From positions 21,790 to 85,789 of the IMG/VR virus record IMGVR_UViG_3300020417_001527: a DNA stretch of 64,000 nt; one strand, written 5' to 3'. Below the pieces are notes generated by a model, which saw only the letters and a program-made list of their open reading frames with translations, did no database searches and was not told the origin of the DNA. Source of the DNA: a virus. Shown piece by piece: positions 17,687-27,363 of the stretch. A program made the translations under genes and the position numbers. The first letter of the stretch is position 1; every line of letters starts with the position of its first letter.

Positions 17687-19060
17687 CTACTCACACTTTA
17701 TCCCTAGTCCTCGTACCTGATTGTTCCAGGCACTCTGTGCAAATGGTCCTTTGCCTTCATAGGCACGTTTGTAATACCATTTCTCACTGCCATGCTTTTC
17801 TCTTTCGCTGTAGTCCAAACCCAAGGTGTATTCCATAACATAGTAGTCTGCCAATGGGTGTATATACCTTCTTTCATGATCTGTGCTATAGCCACGTATT
17901 CTAAATACTTTGTGATGCAGGCAACCTACATTGACCAAACAGTTTCGTTGATACTGTTTGTCTGTGCTGGTCCAGAAACCCCAACGATCCAGCGTTTCTC
18001 GTACATCATCAACAATGCGTTTCCAAGCCATTTCTGCCATTACCTCATCACGTTCAAACTGGTCACTGAAACTACTGCAATTTAGAGTTGTGGTTTTAAA
18101 ATTTTCAACATGACTACACATCATGCTGGCAATTTCTTCCGCTTTCCATTCTCCATATCTGTTTACATAGTAGCTCAGTCTTTTACCGGCTTCTCCATAA
18201 CTAATTATGTTCCCAACTTCACCGGTTATTACTGTGCCGTCTATTTTGTGTCTGTTCATGGTTTGATACTTTACCAGCCATGATGAATCGTTAAATTCAT
18301 ATTCCAATGGCGGATCATACGCAGGTGGCTTTATGTTGGCTTGTACATTTACAGGTGCAATACCTATCATTTCACCATTAAAAAGTGCATCGTGATATTC
18401 ATTGTGTTTGCCTTTTTTATGTGTTATGGTGTAAAAGTCTATGTGTTTTTGATATCCTAATTGTGCCAATGCTGAGGCAACCACAGCTGAATCTCTACCA
18501 CTGCTGAAAAGCATATTGATAGGCTGATCATAATACAATCTACGATCATAAATTTTTCTAATATTATTATCTAATAGCTCTTTGTATAGGTTGCCGTCCC
18601 ACACATAGCCTTTGGGTCGTGCAATGTCTGAGTATCTATGCTGTACACCATTGTGTACATAATGTTCTGGTTTAACTGTGAGAATATCATCATATGGTGT
18701 GTGTTCGCCTATAGCATAACAAAAACCAAACATAGAACGCTGTAATTCATACACACCATTTTTAATTCTGTAGTGTGCATCCTTCATCGGGTGTGTAGCA
18801 TCTTGCACCCACAATGACAAGTTGTGAAATATTTTTTCTGTGTCTGTGTAGAATAGTGGAGTTTCTGCTAGATGATTTACACATGCCCACCAGTTATCAT
18901 CTTCAATGTAAACAAATGCAAAGGAACCACGCAGTTCAATGGGAAACTGACCTTGGCGTAAACTTTCATATACTATACCTGGTGATAGATTTGCATCACC
19001 CCACCAATAAAAGTCTGGGTACAGTTCTTCAAATTTGTTATGTTGATTTATGAATATCAA
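17687..19060 (-). CDS. asparagine-synthetase-like ATP-dependent amide ligase
   Basis: LRGSFAFV (Ntn-like), PP-loop LFSSGRDS, ITGEVG, HPLAD, EKWYYK; no N-terminal Cys. Confidence 0.7.
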   Translation of the reverse strand: MIFINQHNKFEELYPDFYWWGDANLSPGIVYESLRQGQFPIELRGSFAFVYIEDDNWWACVNHLAETPLFYTDTEKIFHNLSLWVQDATHPMKDAHYRIKNGVYELQRSMFGFCYAIGEHTPYDDILTVKPEHYVHNGVQHRYSDIARPKGYVWDGNLYKELLDNNIRKIYDRRLYYDQPINMLFSSGRDSAVVASALAQLGYQKHIDFYTITHKKGKHNEYHDALFNGEMIGIAPVNVQANIKPPAYDPPLEYEFNDSSWLVKYQTMNRHKIDGTVITGEVGNIISYGEAGKRLSYYVNRYGEWKAEEIASMMCSHVENFKTTTLNCSSFSDQFERDEVMAEMAWKRIVDDVRETLDRWGFWTSTDKQYQRNCLVNVGCLHHKVFRIRGYSTDHERRYIHPLADYYVMEYTLGLDYSEREKHGSEKWYYKRAYEGKGPFAQSAWNNQVRGLGIKCE

Positions 19061-20204
19061 ACGTTTTATCTCCAGGCCATAATGGCAGTTGAGTACCAGG
19101 TGCTCGTTTTGGTATTTTTGAGTCAGCTGAACTTACACAACTATCACTGATGCATGGCATTGGAGTATCGAACAGATTGAAACCTGTTTCTATGTTGCCG
19201 AGCGGAACATCCGCACAACTGTAGGAACGTTTGATACTTCCGTCAGGCTCTCGGATAATAATACTACGATATCCTGCACTACATTCCCATCCTTTAAATT
19301 TGTTAAAGTTAAACGCATTGAATCTCTCTGCTTGATCCATGTACCATGTTTCACCATTGGCATCTTTGAATTCAACCTGCATGTTCCACGGAACAGATTT
19401 GTCGTCTCGTTGATCTATTTCTGTGGGAATTTGAAACTGTGGTCTTGGACGGTCACTCCAAACAGCTTTCGTGTCGGTGTAGGCTCTTTGCGGCATTCCG
19501 TTGTAGAGTCGCTTGAGCATATCCCTAGTGTATCCATCAACCACTTTTGACGCAGTCGGATCCGACTGGGGTTTAAGTGTGACGTTGATTCCTTGTTCGT
19601 GGAAGAAGAGGGCGTTGTCCCAGTCTCGTTCAAATTGGTCGGGAACCATAACCATGTTAATGGTAATCTGTACATCGTGTTCTTGACACAGGATAAGTTT
19701 GTCGGCAAACTCCTGCATCTTCTCCTTTGTGTTTACGTGTTCAACGTGTAGACTACTAGTTATGCTCGCACGATGAAGTGGTTTTACTATTTCCACATAC
19801 TGCTCAAACCATTTTAATGGCCTTGAACAGTTTGACGTCATGTGGACACTAGTATAATTAGTGTTGCTGACATCAGAAGCCAAATGCCCAAGGATGTCCA
19901 AGTATCCTGGGTGGAAAGTAGGCTCACCGCCAGATAAAGAAAAATGAAAACTGTTAAAATTATTAGCACGAGCTTGTCTTTTTATCTCATCGATCGTAGC
20001 ATTAATGAGGTGTGTGGGCCTGTGATCTTTTTTATCTGATCTGGCGTATGGCCAACAATAACTGCAACGGTAATTGCAAAAGCGACCAAGAAGCCAACTG
20101 ACAGTAAACATGTCTCTATAGAGCATCGTTCTTTGACCCACCCTAACAAGTTCGTCAAAAGGTATTTTAGTAAAGTCATAATCGCTCCATTTTAGTTCTG
20201 ACAA
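19038..20204 (-). CDS. radical SAM protein with C-terminal Twitch-like domain
   Basis: CNYRCSYC, SGGEPT; C-terminal CSAG...C...C...C. Confidence 0.92.
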   Translation of the reverse strand: MSELKWSDYDFTKIPFDELVRVGQRTMLYRDMFTVSWLLGRFCNYRCSYCWPYARSDKKDHRPTHLINATIDEIKRQARANNFNSFHFSLSGGEPTFHPGYLDILGHLASDVSNTNYTSVHMTSNCSRPLKWFEQYVEIVKPLHRASITSSLHVEHVNTKEKMQEFADKLILCQEHDVQITINMVMVPDQFERDWDNALFFHEQGINVTLKPQSDPTASKVVDGYTRDMLKRLYNGMPQRAYTDTKAVWSDRPRPQFQIPTEIDQRDDKSVPWNMQVEFKDANGETWYMDQAERFNAFNFNKFKGWECSAGYRSIIIREPDGSIKRSYSCADVPLGNIETGFNLFDTPMPCISDSCVSSADSKIPKRAPGTQLPLWPGDKTFDIHKST

Positions 20205-20215
20205 AAGTTAAACTC

Positions 20216-20947
20216 CTACTCTATATTATAACAAGAATCCCAGCACTTGTCAAGCCAGTCACGTCTTTTTGTGTAAAATTTTTCAAACACAGGCATTCGT
20301 ATTTCTCTGTAATTATCATATACAAAGTCAAAAATCTGTTTGTCTATGTCATTGTTAAACCACGAACATAAATCATATAACTCTTCTCGTTCGTCTTTGA
20401 TGATTAAATTTACAGGATCTACGGATTTCCACTTGACTTTGTGTTTATAATCCAGTATATATTGAGGAGTAGATTGAAAATAAAGTGTCCAAGCCAATGA
20501 TTCTCGTGTGCTTGGTATCAGTGATATTGGTAAAAAATCCCAACCGATATTCTGAACTTTTTCTTTAATAACTTCTACCATTGGTTCATTGTTGTTCCAA
20601 TGTGGATGACCACTCATCCACACAGAGTGATAATTGTTAAGATCTTCTATTTTTAAATTATTATTCAAAACAAAAGTAAGCAACATATTCTGTAAATAGT
20701 TTTCCAGTATAGGTCTTTCATCATTCATTGTTTTTTCAAGTATAAACTGTACAATAGTTTTGTTAGGTAAATTTATACCCGAAGCAAGATCACGTGCTTG
20801 TTTTTTAAATGTGTCCTTGCCGCCAAAGCCTAGTGTTCCCACAGATGCTCCACCGCACATATTAGAAAACAAATCTCCAGCTGATCCAGATATAAATTCT
20901 AGATATATTAAACGCTTTTTACCAACGTCTAACCAATCTCTTCCCAT
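20216..20947 (-). CDS. hypothetical protein, sulfotransferase-like Gly-loop family
   Basis: YLEFISGSAGDLF...HPHW. Confidence 0.5.
   Translation of the reverse strand: MGRDWLDVGKKRLIYLEFISGSAGDLFSNMCGGASVGTLGFGGKDTFKKQARDLASGINLPNKTIVQFILEKTMNDERPILENYLQNMLLTFVLNNNLKIEDLNNYHSVWMSGHPHWNNNEPMVEVIKEKVQNIGWDFLPISLIPSTRESLAWTLYFQSTPQYILDYKHKVKWKSVDPVNLIIKDEREELYDLCSWFNNDIDKQIFDFVYDNYREIRMPVFEKFYTKRRDWLDKCWDSCYNIE
20225..20253 (-). promoter_or_regulatory. consensus sigma70 promoter TTGACA-17-TATAAT with extended -10 TG
   Basis: Minus strand ttgaca agtgctgggattcttgt tataat, about 20 nt upstream of the 20204 start. Confidence 0.7.
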
Positions 20948-21771
20948 GAGTAAAACCTTTCTGTTGTTTCTGTTATAAAAAATATTCCTTCTGTGGCAGG
21001 TTGTAGTATATCACCCAAACGAGTATTGTTGCCACGCATACGCAATCTATGATATCTATCAAACACTCCACAGTACACACAATTTTCTGTGTTTTCTCTG
21101 CCACGCACTTGATCAAACACACCTTCATAACAGTTATACAAAGGTTTAAGTTTGCCCCATACGTCAGGATAATTGTCCCAAATGTATGACATGGGCTGAC
21201 ATTCAAATTTAAGTTGTGCATCATGTATTGCATCACCATAAAGATCAGCATACTCATCTGGTGTGGTTATTTCTCTGGTTGTATCTTCAAAGTCGCGGAA
21301 CCAGGCTGTCCTGTGAAACTTTTTGTGTGGCCATTGCACTTCGGGATCTGGAAACAGTTCATGATGAAACTCGCAATCTCTCCACAGTATAGGCACAGTA
21401 TCCAACTCTAGTATGCCAGATATAATACTGGCTTTGTCATTGGAAGGGTGTCTTACTTGTCCAGCTGACCAATGCCAATGAGCATGTACAGGAGTTAACA
21501 AACCATTCCTATTAATTGAGTCTGTGATAATTTTTGCTTTGTGTATAAAGAATTCATCGCACCCACCAGATCGTTCTTCGGCCTCTTCGGCTGTGATGTT
21601 TTGCCAATCATCACGTTTGCGTATGTCACGTATACGCATACATATTTCATTGCCTTTGTCAAAAAACTTTTTAAAAAATTCAATAGGCACATCAACCACA
21701 ATGTCTCTGTGATAATCTTTTTTGATATCAAAGTAATGTTCTAATTCCTGTTTAGGTGTGCGTTCCGGCAT
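20929..21771 (-). CDS. hypothetical protein, ParB/Srx-like HP(G/S)xD family
   Basis: DSINRNGLLTPV...RHPSNDK; FDRYHR. Confidence 0.55.
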   Translation of the reverse strand: MPERTPKQELEHYFDIKKDYHRDIVVDVPIEFFKKFFDKGNEICMRIRDIRKRDDWQNITAEEAEERSGGCDEFFIHKAKIITDSINRNGLLTPVHAHWHWSAGQVRHPSNDKASIISGILELDTVPILWRDCEFHHELFPDPEVQWPHKKFHRTAWFRDFEDTTREITTPDEYADLYGDAIHDAQLKFECQPMSYIWDNYPDVWGKLKPLYNCYEGVFDQVRGRENTENCVYCGVFDRYHRLRMRGNNTRLGDILQPATEGIFFITETTERFYSWEEIG

Positions 21772-22783
21772 AGTCTACTGTGGCTCCTATTAAATCTATT
21801 ACAGTTTGTTCTGACAGTTGATTTGCTTTATCCTCTGCAAAATATAAATCAACGAGTGTTTCAAACACTTCATACTCGTGTGGTTGTATTGATAAAAAGT
21901 CACACACATCTTGATATGTGCCTTCATAGTCTTTGTCACGTAACATTGCAAGTAAATCTATTTTAAGTTCTGGCACTGGCAAAGGTATTGTGTATTTGTT
22001 TATTTGTTCATCTGCTATTTCAGATTGCCATTTATCCATCATGGTTGTCATGGTTGCATCTATATTGAATTTCATTGAAGCATGTGTGATTGCAATAACC
22101 AATTTATACCATGTCCATGGTTTACCCATATATTCTAACAGAGCAAGACAGCGTTCTTTATCCATGTCACTATGCTGTTTGACTTTTTTTGCAAATTTGT
22201 TTTCAAACTCATCCATGTAATCTTCGTGTGTGTTGTATTCATGAAACCAAATCTTTTTTATTATATTAGAAACAAACTGTGGCCAAGTGTCTGCATCTTT
22301 GGTATTCAAACAGGTAATCACTCGAAAACTTTTAAATTGCTGTGGCCACATGTGTACTTCGCACCATGCTTCGTGTGATCGTGTGATGGTTTGTGTTGTA
22401 CGATAGCGTTGTAATTTTTCTCTCAGTGTGTGTTCACGACTGGCTTCAATGGCATTAGCAATCGCTTTTTTATAGTATGCTTCTGATCCATCATAGTCAT
22501 CTGTGTTCCAATAATCATTTCTGTATTGATTGCTAACTTTTGCAACAAGATCAGAATTAATACGCCAACGATTCTGTTTGTTTACTTTTTTGGCTCGCAT
22601 GTCTGTGTTAAGATCTGCTAGATCTTCATGTGTTGCAAGGAAACCAGCAAACCATTCACCACCTGTACCTGCTGTGTAATTTACAACTATTTGATCTTGA
22701 TCAACATGATGTTCAGTCCAACGCCAGAAGTCTGAATTATCATCTTTGAATTCTGTCAAGAGAGATTTCATTGATATTGACAT
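21752..22783 (-). CDS. hypothetical protein, sulfotransferase-like Gly-loop family
   Basis: VVNYTAGTGGEWFAGFL...RSH...VCDFLSI. Confidence 0.5.
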   Translation of the reverse strand: MSISMKSLLTEFKDDNSDFWRWTEHHVDQDQIVVNYTAGTGGEWFAGFLATHEDLADLNTDMRAKKVNKQNRWRINSDLVAKVSNQYRNDYWNTDDYDGSEAYYKKAIANAIEASREHTLREKLQRYRTTQTITRSHEAWCEVHMWPQQFKSFRVITCLNTKDADTWPQFVSNIIKKIWFHEYNTHEDYMDEFENKFAKKVKQHSDMDKERCLALLEYMGKPWTWYKLVIAITHASMKFNIDATMTTMMDKWQSEIADEQINKYTIPLPVPELKIDLLAMLRDKDYEGTYQDVCDFLSIQPHEYEVFETLVDLYFAEDKANQLSEQTVIDLIGATVDYAGTHT

Positions 22784-23294
22784 TTGAAGGTGCCTCTACT
22801 ATCCATTTTACATAACTGGCCGCATCGGGTATGCTCATGCATTTGCGTCCAGGGTGTTTGTCTTCATTGTTTTCTAGTGTGCCAAAACTGATAAGGCTAA
22901 CACGTGGCACAGTTTTTTCACTCCACACACTCTGTAATGCCAGTGATTGACAGTAGCTCTGCAGAGCTTTCTTTTCCTGTTGGTATATCCACGAGCTACC
23001 TTTGGTAACTCTGTCCACAGTACTGCCAATACACACAATATGTAGTGATTTTCCTGCCGTTTCTGCCAACTTCCATACTAGTTCTAGTAGTAGTGATTGG
23101 CGAAAGTGCCATAATGCACTATTATTAATAAAAACATCGTACTCAATGGCCTTTTTTGCTACTGCTTCCATATTCATTCTAGTTTCTAAGTCGCAACCAC
23201 TGTCACGACTGACAAAGTCAGCTTTAGGAAACACAGATGCAAGTCCTTTAGCCAATCCCTCTTTGGGATTGCCTGTGATAAAAATTGATTTCAT
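22740..23294 (-). CDS. short-chain dehydrogenase/reductase (SDR)
   Basis: FITGNPKEGLAK, FINNSA, IGS, YQQEK (YxxxK). Confidence 0.8.
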   Translation of the reverse strand: MKSIFITGNPKEGLAKGLASVFPKADFVSRDSGCDLETRMNMEAVAKKAIEYDVFINNSALWHFRQSLLLELVWKLAETAGKSLHIVCIGSTVDRVTKGSSWIYQQEKKALQSYCQSLALQSVWSEKTVPRVSLISFGTLENNEDKHPGRKCMSIPDAASYVKWIVEAPSNVNINEISLDRIQR

Positions 23295-24463
23295 ATATAA
23301 TCCTTGAATTCTGGCACAACATTAAGTATATTTTCTTTTCTGCTTTGGTCCAAAGTATGCGTGTACCTAACATACTCTGGCCAGCGATCACTCCAGTCTT
23401 CAGCCCACATATAATCTATGGTACTGTCCAGCTTTTCAACGCTGTAATTTTCCAAACGTTCAGTGGCCAACTGTTTAAGTTCTGGTGGCAACACTCTGAT
23501 GTTTAGATATTCTGGATGATTCAGTATATTCAGGTAAACAAATTTATCAAATTGTTGTACCCAATCAAACCATGTGTTTAAATGTAATATATTGTTTATC
23601 TGTACAGTGGTGTGTATTTGAACTCTCACACTTTTCATGTCTAGGAAACGTTTTAGATTTTTATCTACCAACTTCCAATTTGTAGGATAGCGTATGTAAC
23701 GATTTAAATCTCCATATGCGTCTATAGAACAGTTTAGTTTAACAGTTTTAAATCGATCCCAATAATCAATCATACGCTGTGGAATGTTTGTAAGGTTGGT
23801 GTTGTATTTTAAAATAATGTTTTCATTCAGCCCACGCTCAATGAGGTAATCAAACAGTTTGTACTGAGCTGTTGCAAGTGTGGGTTCACCACCTGTGAGG
23901 TAAACTTCTTCTATTGTGTCTGCAACATCAATTAAATTTTCCCAAGTCTTAGGTTTGTTGGGCCATGTCATTGTGTCTGTGTCCAAACGCTGTAGTTCTT
24001 CTTCGGGCAGAGGATCTTCAACCATGTTCCACTCATCTATCCATTGATTACTGGCGTATGGATTACACATTCTACATTTTAGATTACACAGGTTGCCCAA
24101 ACGTAGGTCAATGTACTGTGCTTTTGGTTCTGGTGTAATATCAGAATAGTCAGAATCAGCATTGTACCAACCTTCATTCCATGATTGCCTTGCTGATTTT
24201 ACTCCTGCGTCTTCTTCTCTAAAACAGCGTTCGCACATTTCAGGACGTTCTCCATTCAAAAACTGCTGACGTATTGTGGTCATTGTTTTGGAGTTCCATG
24301 CTTCACGTATGTCATGTTTGTGCAATTTGTATTTGCCACCATCTGGGTGTTCTAATCCGTTTTTGCCCGGAGTTGAATTACAACAGACACGCAGAGTGCC
24401 CGCGGCATTTGTGGCCACGTGCATCCAAGGTAACACACAGAATGTTTTGCTGGGCATGTTCAT
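23291..24463 (-). CDS. radical SAM protein with N-terminal Twitch/SPASM-like domain
   Basis: FCVLPW...VCC...CERC then CNLKCRMC, GGEP, SIDA. Confidence 0.93.
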   Translation of the reverse strand: MNMPSKTFCVLPWMHVATNAAGTLRVCCNSTPGKNGLEHPDGGKYKLHKHDIREAWNSKTMTTIRQQFLNGERPEMCERCFREEDAGVKSARQSWNEGWYNADSDYSDITPEPKAQYIDLRLGNLCNLKCRMCNPYASNQWIDEWNMVEDPLPEEELQRLDTDTMTWPNKPKTWENLIDVADTIEEVYLTGGEPTLATAQYKLFDYLIERGLNENIILKYNTNLTNIPQRMIDYWDRFKTVKLNCSIDAYGDLNRYIRYPTNWKLVDKNLKRFLDMKSVRVQIHTTVQINNILHLNTWFDWVQQFDKFVYLNILNHPEYLNIRVLPPELKQLATERLENYSVEKLDSTIDYMWAEDWSDRWPEYVRYTHTLDQSRKENILNVVPEFKDYI

Positions 24464-25431
24464 ATAAAGTTCCTGTAGTCAGTTCCGTGTATGCTGTCTA
24501 ATATTTCACTTTGTTCTATCAACTGTTGTTTTAATTCTTCGTCTTCTAGTGCCGTTGGTCGCATAAATGCAGGGTTTATCACAGGCGTAGACACAGAATG
24601 TTCAAGTCTGTGCAGAGTGCACCAGCGTGTCACATCATCGATGTTGTTCCTGTTAAACACCATTGGCAATATACTCACAAACAAATGTGTATTGGCAGGT
24701 TTGCGTTTATTGAATTGTAACACATTCTGTTGTGTGGTCAACCAACTTGATCCTGCACGTATAAATTCATATCTACTTCCTATTGCATCAATGCTGACAT
24801 TAACTGTAACAGATTTAAACTTTTTAAACAGACTGTTCCATGCTGTTATGTCATGAGATCCATTTGTAATAATTTCTAGCGTAACTGCTGGTGCTATATC
24901 TTCTTCTATGAGTGTTTCAATTATGCGTTTTACTTGAGGTATCATAAAAGGTTCACCACCAGTGAACTTTACTGTTCGAGCATCATACATCAACTCAGTG
25001 AACGATTCAGCTTCTTTGGCCCAGCGTGTGTCATGTTTGTGAGTGTAGTATTCTGCCAATTCCTGTTCGCCAACGTTGCGAACAATGTTTGCCCATGTAC
25101 TAGAGCTGGTTTGGTTACACATTCTACAAGCAAAATTACAGGTGTTGTTTATTTTCAAATCCCAAAAATTTATGCCATCTGCATGTTCTAGTATTTTATT
25201 GTAATGTGTTCTCAAACTTGCTCCGGTTTGTTGTTCTGATATTCTACATTCTTCACATTCATCTAGCCAAGAAGTCTTACTTTGTTCACACCATTCTGCA
25301 TGTCGTGTTTGCCAATCATCTTTCCAATATAGATTTGCTGTTCCTTCTTTAACATTAAATGCACAACATGGCCTCACAGCACCTGTGGGTCCAATGGTAA
25401 CACCATGTTTAAATATCAAGCATTCCGCCAC
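24460..25431 (-). CDS. radical SAM protein with N-terminal Twitch/SPASM-like domain
   Basis: C...RPCC...CEEC then CNFACRMC, GGEP, TNGS. Confidence 0.92.
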   Translation of the reverse strand: MAECLIFKHGVTIGPTGAVRPCCAFNVKEGTANLYWKDDWQTRHAEWCEQSKTSWLDECEECRISEQQTGASLRTHYNKILEHADGINFWDLKINNTCNFACRMCNQTSSSTWANIVRNVGEQELAEYYTHKHDTRWAKEAESFTELMYDARTVKFTGGEPFMIPQVKRIIETLIEEDIAPAVTLEIITNGSHDITAWNSLFKKFKSVTVNVSIDAIGSRYEFIRAGSSWLTTQQNVLQFNKRKPANTHLFVSILPMVFNRNNIDDVTRWCTLHRLEHSVSTPVINPAFMRPTALEDEELKQQLIEQSEILDSIHGTDYRNFI

Positions 25432-26164
25432 GTCTTTTATAACTTTCTACACATCTATCTTTGAAGTAATCACCCATGCCGCCATCCACAATCATGTGTA
25501 TGCGTGGAGTATCACTGCGATTCCAAACAGCATGATTATAGTGTGTATTGATTTTCATTATAGCACCAGGTTCAAATGGCATGGTACCCCAGTTTTCCAT
25601 AACCAATGCACAACCGTCTGGATTGTTTACAGCAATGTTTGTAGCACCAAAACCTTGTCTGTCTTTGTCTGAGTGTGGTCCAATCCAACCACCAGGCAGT
25701 AGTATCATAAAACGTACACGAGTATAATCTTCATAGCGTAAATGGTTTTCCATAAAGTCCACAGTCTTTGGACAAAATTTTGCAATGTCTGTCCAATGTG
25801 AATCTGTTTCTTCATAGTCATCGGGTAACCCGTAATCATCTGCACAGTTGGTGTGTACAGAACTGATGCCATGTATACACAAACTCATCCATCCAGCAGA
25901 TTGTGGACGATGATATGTAAAGCAGGCTGTGTCTAGTAGGTGCATGGCTTCAGCAAGTATACCTTCGTGATCCATTTCAATGTCATCAACACGTAGCCAT
26001 GGATTGGTACAATGATCCAACATCAAATCGTTGTCTTCTGGATCGTTTACCAGCAAAGGATCGTATGTATGTTCTTTGCTGAGAGATTCGTTTTTCTCAA
26101 AAAACTCTTGTGTGTAATCATTTGCTTCCACATTTTGTGGAATGCTGTAACCTTCTAACCACAT
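25409..26164 (-). CDS. aspartyl/asparaginyl beta-hydroxylase-like 2OG-Fe(II) oxygenase
   Basis: RVRFMILLPGGWIGPHSD...HAVWNRSDTPRIHMIVDG. Confidence 0.85.
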   Translation of the reverse strand: MWLEGYSIPQNVEANDYTQEFFEKNESLSKEHTYDPLLVNDPEDNDLMLDHCTNPWLRVDDIEMDHEGILAEAMHLLDTACFTYHRPQSAGWMSLCIHGISSVHTNCADDYGLPDDYEETDSHWTDIAKFCPKTVDFMENHLRYEDYTRVRFMILLPGGWIGPHSDKDRQGFGATNIAVNNPDGCALVMENWGTMPFEPGAIMKINTHYNHAVWNRSDTPRIHMIVDGGMGDYFKDRCVESYKRRGGMLDI

Positions 26165-27363
26165 TATTCGCTCCCTATAATTTCTTCTAGTGTATTTAAA
26201 ACTTCTTCACTTGTATCATTCAATGGATACTCTGTGAGTATTGCCTGTTTAATTGTATTACGAGTAAAATCTAATGCAAATCTTTTGCCTGTTTCTGGAT
26301 TCATACCTGTGTTTACTAGAAATACATTTGAATTGTGTTGTTCAACTTTTTCCATGAGCATATCGCTGTACTCTTTTACTTTACGTGGCATGAATGGTGA
26401 TCCATAACAGGGTGAAAGTGTGCGTTGTATTTCTGTTACTCCATGTTCGGTGCCAGGCATTGTGCTTGTGTATCCTGTTTCAAAAAATCTACGTACTGCA
26501 TTGCCGGATATTCTACTGATAGCAGGAAACACACCTTCAGCATCCATGGTTAAAAAGAATATGTTATCTGCATGTGAGAAGTTACTGCGTTTGTGATACG
26601 CATTTTCAACACAGCTGATAGGATAACTCAGTCTTGCGTTGGCGGCCTCTGGATTTTCTTCTACCAGTGTTCCTCTTTGTCTTGCTACTTCGACTGCATT
26701 AAAAATAGTTGGATGTGTCTCAGGTGTTAAGCCTTCGCTTTTTGCATAGCAACCTGTTTCAATCATTCTAATACCCATGTTGCTCCAACAAACTTCATCA
26801 TCTGATATCAGTTTATAATCTGGATCACTTGATAATGTAGTTTTGCCTGTGCCTGATAATCCAAACATTAGGTTTGTGGTTTTACGATATGTAAATGCTC
26901 CGCAATGCATTGGAAGTCTATCATACTTTGGCAGTATAAAACTTATAATACCAAACACACCTTTTTTAATTTCTCCTAAAAATGTTGTACCTGCAATTAA
27001 CAATAGTTTCTTGTCAAGGTGAACATATATTTTAGGCTCCATATCAATTGATGTGTTGTGCCATATTGTCCAATCACCTTCTTGATCTTCTGCTGTAACT
27101 TTAAACATGTTCCACACAAATTGTTTGTGTCTTTCGTCATTGGTGTGTAGTGTAAAATTAGTACCCACAGTTTCAAAATTCATAGGCTCTAAATAATTTG
27201 TTTGTTGTTGTAGGAGATGATAAAAATCATCAAAGTCTGCTTCAAGTCCTATTTTGTTAAACTTGGGTCTTGATAAATCTAAGTCTTTGGCTTGTTCACC
27301 AAAAAAGAATTTGTTTTCTGGTGAGCGACCGGTTGGGTGAGTGGTTATGTTTATGTTGGGCAT
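26164..27363 (-). CDS. pckA: phosphoenolpyruvate carboxykinase (ATP), compact form
   Basis: TGRSP, GEIKKG, MHC, FGLSGTGKTTLS, DDE, GCYAK, CYGSPF, LVNTG. Confidence 0.9.
   Translation of the reverse strand: MPNINITTHPTGRSPENKFFFGEQAKDLDLSRPKFNKIGLEADFDDFYHLLQQQTNYLEPMNFETVGTNFTLHTNDERHKQFVWNMFKVTAEDQEGDWTIWHNTSIDMEPKIYVHLDKKLLLIAGTTFLGEIKKGVFGIISFILPKYDRLPMHCGAFTYRKTTNLMFGLSGTGKTTLSSDPDYKLISDDEVCWSNMGIRMIETGCYAKSEGLTPETHPTIFNAVEVARQRGTLVEENPEAANARLSYPISCVENAYHKRSNFSHADNIFFLTMDAEGVFPAISRISGNAVRRFFETGYTSTMPGTEHGVTEIQRTLSPCYGSPFMPRKVKEYSDMLMEKVEQHNSNVFLVNTGMNPETGKRFALDFTRNTIKQAILTEYPLNDTSEEVLNTLEEIIGSE

Noticed and set aside
17487-19060. Lasso peptide cluster
   Set aside because: The Asn-synthetase-like gene has no transglutaminase-like B2 protease, RRE or convincing precursor nearby.
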